DNA of 64,000 bases. Source: Octopus vulgaris (taxonomy: Eukaryota). Both the position numbers and the translations under genes were made by a program. The notes beneath the pieces are model-generated. The model was not told the DNA's origin, made no database searches, and saw only the letters and a program-made list of their open reading frames with translations. Location of the stretch: NCBI GenBank assembly GCA_951406725.2, contig OX597825.1:28954001-29018000 (forward strand), written 5' to 3'. Positions 58,124-64,000 of the stretch are shown here, in pieces. The stretch's first letter is position 1. Every line of letters begins with the position of its first letter.

Positions 58124-59315
58124 CACACACATATATATATATAATGTTTTATACATGTGCATGTATAACAACATACAATAAGAGGTTCACCACAAACCAT
58201 ACAACATAAAATCATGATTTATTCAAATTATCTCCACAGCAAAAAGATACGTCACAATTACGAAATGACACATGAGTTGGGAAGAAACTAAGACCACCAA
58301 AAGAAATTGAGGATCACGTGGAAGTAGAAGGCATAGTGGCAGTGGTACCCGGACTGGTTATTATCTCTGGGCGTGGCAATTGTATTGGCGTGAGAACGGG
58401 TTAATCTGCTAATAAAATTGCTGTTTGATGGTACATTACTATTATTGCGGATATCAGGCGTAGGTATCACCACAGACTCATAGATGACCCTTTAGCCTCG
58501 TATCGGACTCCTACAGGACAGTTATTATGTACCCTGCAAGAGCAGCCTGCCTCTTCCCTTGTATTGTGAGTACTTGCTAAATTGTTTTTGTTTATGTTAG
58601 GTGCACAATTAAAGGAGACTCTTAGGTTGTGTCTGTTAAATAAATGCCTGTATCTATGTGTGTGTGTGAGTGAAATGTTTGTCTATCAATCTAAGGAAAA
58701 TCTTTCCCACACAAGACTTGACGTTGAGTGAGAAGGGTGGAGCAAATCAAATGATATTTCTGCAGCGCTTCCTTTTCCAGGTGCTAGTGCTAGGCATGTA
58801 AGAGATGCATCGCGGAGAGAGCCAAAATTCCCAAGGACTATAAGAAACTTGGCACCATAAAGAAACAGCCGTAAAGAAGTATTTTCTAAATGCATCCACT
58901 TCAAGCGCTACTTACTGAAAAGTAAATTAGGTCTCTTCGGGTCTATACGGGTGTATTTTGCTCCCTCTTATTCAGGGGAGATGCCCCATCCCCGTTAACG
59001 TTTTTTTGTTAAGACGTATTCGTCGAGTTCTGAGTGTTTCTTCACGTCTGCGACGTAGATATTTTAAATTTTGTATTTATATAGAGTCTGACGAGCTGTT
59101 CACAAGGCTTTGTTTTGCGGATGCAAAACCTTGGGTAACTCTATGTCCAAGATATAAAATTTTTGTTGTAATAATTACTTACTAATTCTTTAGATTGTTC
59201 TTCTTTTTATTATATGTTTTCTATTATCTAACTATATATATAAAATACAAATAATATATAAATATATGCATATGTACATACCTATATATATATATGTATA
59301 TATGCATGCATATAT

Positions 59316-59537
59316 ACTGGACATAAAAAAACCCTTGAACACAATGAGAAACGAAAACATAAACACAAAAACATAGAAACGAACTTTTTTTTCGGACAAC
59401 GAAAAAGTAAAAACAGAGAAACGAGACATACAACATGCAGGATATTCCCATCTTCAGTTGTCTCTGTTTCAACTAATCCACGTGTCGAAGGCAAGGACAA
59501 GATGCCACTTCGTTTAAACAATCCTTCCCGCAAAGCA
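59316..59537 (-). mobile_element. Repeat P1, second copy, with degenerate rearranged hammerhead-like motif (59447-59506)
   Basis: Colinear homology to 120-342. Confidence 0.6.
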
Positions 59538-60156
59538 GATATATATATATACAAACAAAAAGAAAGCAAAGACATAAGACTTTCAGAGGATGAATATTTA
59601 AGTATAAATATATAGATATTTACATTCACACATTTATGTATATTTCAACTCACACACACGTAACTTCAAGACCTACTAAACCTTACAGTAAGCGAATTAT
59701 GTTTTCTCAGCTAACGTTATGTAATAAGAATTTTCCGTTAATGTGACATCATAAAAGTAGAAATGGATAAAATAAAAGAACTTACTTTGAAGTGCATTTC
59801 CATACAATACTACTACTTCCACCAGAAGTCACCACGGCACTTTTGACCATAAAATTATAATTATATACGCCGACGCTTACTAAAACCACAAGAATTTAAA
59901 ACTTCATTTCTAATGATAACGTCCATAAGGAAATTAAAACAGTGTGTAGAACATGGAGTTAATGAAAGCCAGCTGCCGCACGTAAGATATGGCTTAGCAT
60001 TTATTTCTATATTTTCATCTTGTTTCATTATATTTTAATAATCATTATGGCTGGCTAACATCAGTAAAAGCTGCTGCATATAACATGAGCGGGTTAACTC
60101 GTGTGTGCTCACGCGCTTGTGTATATATGTATGTATGTATACATACGTAAACATGG

Positions 60157-60201
<45 letters not shown>

Positions 60202-60770
60202 TATATATACACCTACACACATTTGCATATATATACACAGACATACACACACTTACATATATATATATATACACACATGCGTGTTATATACATGCATGCG
60301 TAGATTTATACGGGAATATATATGCATATATATGATTGTATGTATAAATATATACACACGCAGGCATAAATGTGCATGCGAGGACACACGCGCACACACA
60401 CACGCACACGCGCATACCAATACATACAGACACATAATATCTAAATTCTAACGACAGTTTTTGTTTTTTTTTCTCTCATAATTAATGTGCTTTAATGACT
60501 GATTAAGATAGAAGGAGGTTAGGAATCCGACTGAATTAATTAAATATTTTCCCCATTGATCTGTTTAACTTATTAACGTAATCGATTGGTAAGCTTCCAG
60601 AACGACATGTGCATAAATGCATGCATACATAAAAACGTACCCTCATTTCACTAAACACGGCATTCTATATAAATTATTCATGATAATAGGGTTTAAACAC
60701 TTTAAAACGGTAAAAATTCAAATCAAGGCACATTTACAGGCCAAGGTAACACGTACTCGCTGTCACCCCA

Positions 60771-60803
<33 letters not shown>

Positions 60804-60991
60804 ACTTTGTTTATATGTATGTGTATGTGTACATGCGTGTATTGCGATAGTATTACGCAATTCAGGCAGTATTAAATTCAAATAGGCATCAATGTATCTT
60901 ATTTGCATCTCTTATGGAGGAGTTGTGTTAAAAGCGCAATAAATATCGGAAGATGATAAAAGATTGACCCAGCGGGGGTCAGCGACAACGC

Positions 60992-61029
60992 CAGTGACAT
61001 TTCGGGCTTTTCGGTCCTTTTCAATAATG
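60992..61029 (-). ncRNA. Degenerate minimal hammerhead-like motif (U3:A8 variant)
   Basis: cauua-UUGAAAA-GGaC-cgaaaa-GCCC-GAAA-UG-UC-acug; stem I imperfect. Confidence 0.35.
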
Positions 61030-61190
61030 TATACTCACAGCCAATCACATCCTTAGACAACAGTTTGTCGCTACCAATATAGGAAGTAGTGAATAAAATA
61101 TTCCACTGAATTAAAATCCGCTAAACACAATGATAGCAGGTTATACACCTTTCTACCATCTATATATGATACTTGATATATGTACAACGT

Positions 61191-61399
61191 GAAGGCGCAA
61201 GGGTCAGTGGTTAGAGCACCGGGCTCACAATCATGAGATAGTGAGTTCGATTCCTGAACCAGGCTGTGTGTTGTGCTCTTGAGTAAGTCACTTTTTTTCT
61301 CGTTGGTCCAGTTCACTCGGCTGTGGAGATGAATTGCAACCGACGTCATTGGTGCCAAGCTGTATCAGCCTTGCCTATCACTTGGATAACATCGCTGGC
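61191..61399 (+). mobile_element. SINE family B, 3'-truncated
   Basis: Colinear with the reverse complement of 57870-58078. Confidence 0.88.
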
Positions 61400-62863
61400 C
61401 CAATAATTTCAGGTATAAACCTGAACTTGTAATCTGGATAGAGTAGCTGCAGATTGCTCAATTGTTCAGCACAGGTCTTTCCTTTTCCACTGATCTTTAG
61501 CTGGGCAACTGACCTCCACAATTATACAAAGTTTCTCTTCTCTATACCAAATCATTATGCATGTATGTATGTATGTATGTATATATTTACGTATATAAGC
61601 ATGCATGTATTTATGTATGTACGTTTGTAAGTATGCTTACGTGTATGCATGTACGTATGTATGTGTGTATGTACGTAGTCTGTATGTATGCACATACGTA
61701 TGTATGTATGTATGCATGTATGTACGTATGTATGTATGTATGTAAGTAAATTAGTTTACGGAGGCTGATTCAGTTACGTGGGATCGATTCGTTCGCGAGA
61801 AAAAGTTTCAAAAACCTGTTTGAAAAACGGATTACATTACGGCAAATTCAAGTGTGGCTGCCATTGGTTGAATAAAACTATTGCTCTCTTTTACTGTACT
61901 GAGTTCTTCAACTCACATTCATTATTACAAGCAAATACGCACGCCCACACATACACATATATATATATGATGCATATACAATTTATGTATATGTTTATAC
62001 GTGTACATATATACACATGCATACACATATATGTATATATGTAGATGTTATATATGTGTGTTTTGTGTGCTTGTCCATATATATATATATATGTATGTAT
62101 TTTTGTATGTATGTATGTATGTATGTATGTATGTATGTATGTATGTGTCTCAGAATCTCCTTAAGGGCAATTATATTTTCAGAAATATGTGCAGACGACC
62201 TATAAAATTACTGAACGCCATTTTATTAAAAACTCAGAAAGCCTGATCTAATTTGCCTGAATAAAAGAACGCACACGCGCACACAGACAGAAACACAAGC
62301 ACATAAACACAAACCCAGACAAACACACACACACACACACACACATACTGGCAAGCGCACACAATAAAGAACTTCGTCTTTCATATTTCTTAGTAAATTA
62401 AATTTTTAGTTCTCAGCATTGGCACCAGTCTACGAATATAGCAGGAGAGGCCTAGCAGACGATTAAATCAACCCTAGAATCATAGAAAAGAAATACATAT
62501 TGAAGAGCTATTTAGTCTAACGTAGCCATGTTTATGAAAGTCGGATCTAATTTGGTGGCAAAACAGCAAGAACTAAGAACTTTATCTGCTGCTCTTACTA
62601 AGCATAATGATTATTTTTATAAAGTTTGGCACCGGCGAATATTTTATTTTCCATGGGTGAGGAACAGTCGAAGAAATCGATCCCAGAATGTATTTTTGTT
62701 CAGGTACTTATTTTATCGATATTCACTAATCGAATTGTGAAGTTACGAATTTTTGTTTTACTTTTGGATTTATGAAGGAAGTTAATCCAGAAGACTGGTT
62801 TACATCGGTAAACATAAACAAAGAAAAGGACAGACATTCATAGATGGGAAGATACTTACATAC

Positions 62864-62935
<72 letters not shown>

Positions 62936-62961
62936 GTACGTACATGTATGTATGTATATGT

Positions 62962-63280
62962 GGAGGCGCAATGGCCCAGTGGTTAGGGCAGCGGACTCGC
63001 GGTCGGAGGATCACGGTTTCGATTCCCAGACCAGGCGTTTTGTGTGAGTTTATTGAGCGAAAACACCTAATAACTCCACGAAGCTCCGGCAGGGAGTGGT
63101 GGCGACCCCTGTTGTAATCTTTCGCCACAACTTTCTCTCGTTCTCTCTTCCTGTTTCTTGAGTAACGCTTCTATGGACTGGCGACCCGTCCAGCTGGGGG
63201 GAACATATACGCCACAGAAACCGGAAACCGGGTCCGTGAACCTGGCTAGGCTTGAAAAGGGCAACGTTTATTTATTTTTT
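62962..63280 (+). mobile_element. tRNA-derived SINE family D
   Basis: A box TGGCCCAGTGG, B box GGTTTCGATTCC, internal ATGGACTGGCGACCCGTCCAG (recalls the V-SINE domain; unverified), T-rich tail. Confidence 0.85.
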
Positions 63281-63575
63281 ATGTATGTATGTATGTATGT
63301 ATGTATGTATGTATGTATGTATGTATGTATGTATGTATGTATGTATGTATGTATGTATGTATGTATGTATGTATGTATGTATGTATGTATGTATGTATGT
63401 ATGTATGTATGTATGTATGTATGTATGTATGTATGTATGTATGTATGTATGTATGTATGTATGTATGTATGTATGTATGTATGTATGTATGTATGTATGT
63501 ATGTATGTATGTATGTATGTATGTATGTATGTATGTATGTATGTATGTATGTATGTATGTATGTATGTATGTATG
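63281..63575. repeat. Perfect (ATGT)n, ~295 bp
   Basis: Direct read. Confidence 0.97.
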
Positions 63576-64000
63576 CATGCATGCTACAAAACATTTTCTA
63601 GACGTTAGATCTCCAAATTAGGATCCTATTTACAGCAATATTAAACCTCCGGCAAAAGCGATGTACTGGTACCTCTATAAAAAAAGACATACATTGGTTA
63701 GAAGTGAGTCCCCAGGCATATGAGGCCCCAGGGAACAGCTTGATGTGCCTGTGCTTTAACAGGGCACTGATGAAAATGTGTCCGGCGCACTTTCTGTAAC
63801 TGTCTTTTTCGTTTTTTTTTTGGGGGGGGGGATGAGTATCCCATCGATAAAAAAAAAAAGCCAAAGACTTTCTTGTTGAATTTAGAAGAGCTGAAATTCA
63901 TGATATTGCGCTCCAGAACCAATAAGGATCTGTTCACTACCCAACTTGCTGGTACCTATAGCTGACTCTGCTCAAATTTGCTACCAATGTTATATATATA

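Noticed and set aside
62962-63035. tRNA-gene-like sequences here and at 832, 39145, 58078 and 61191
   Set aside because: Acceptor and anticodon stems do not close, and each continues into a SINE body; these are SINE heads.

Overview
AT-rich, microsatellite-saturated eukaryotic non-coding DNA. The SINE families and repeat landscape point to an octopus (cephalopod) intron or intergenic region; this is an inference. I found no host protein-coding gene, tRNA, rRNA or CRISPR array. Nearly all ORFs in the track are translations of (TA)n, (TG)n, (TATG)n or (TATC)n. The window holds at least four tRNA-headed SINE families (working names A-D), truncated LINEs (Tx1/L1, CR1 x2, R4/Dong, RTE), a Penelope-like (PLE) coding remnant with several PLE-type repeats and foldbacks, a mariner pseudogene, several MITEs, a Helitron-like element, a solo LTR with a 4-bp TSD and a ~1.14-kb tandem duplication. 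The most interesting signals are RNA-level: (1) a hammerhead-like motif whose three strands occur in a non-circularly permuted order (2 copies); (2) minimal hammerhead variants (U3:A8 and CUGUNGA cores); (3) a SINE whose 3' tail matches the 3' end of a Tx1/L1-clade LINE in the same window; (4) a pseudoknotted ~120-nt retro-tail with pistol-like topology. All calls were made by eye, and the boundaries of degenerate elements are approximate.
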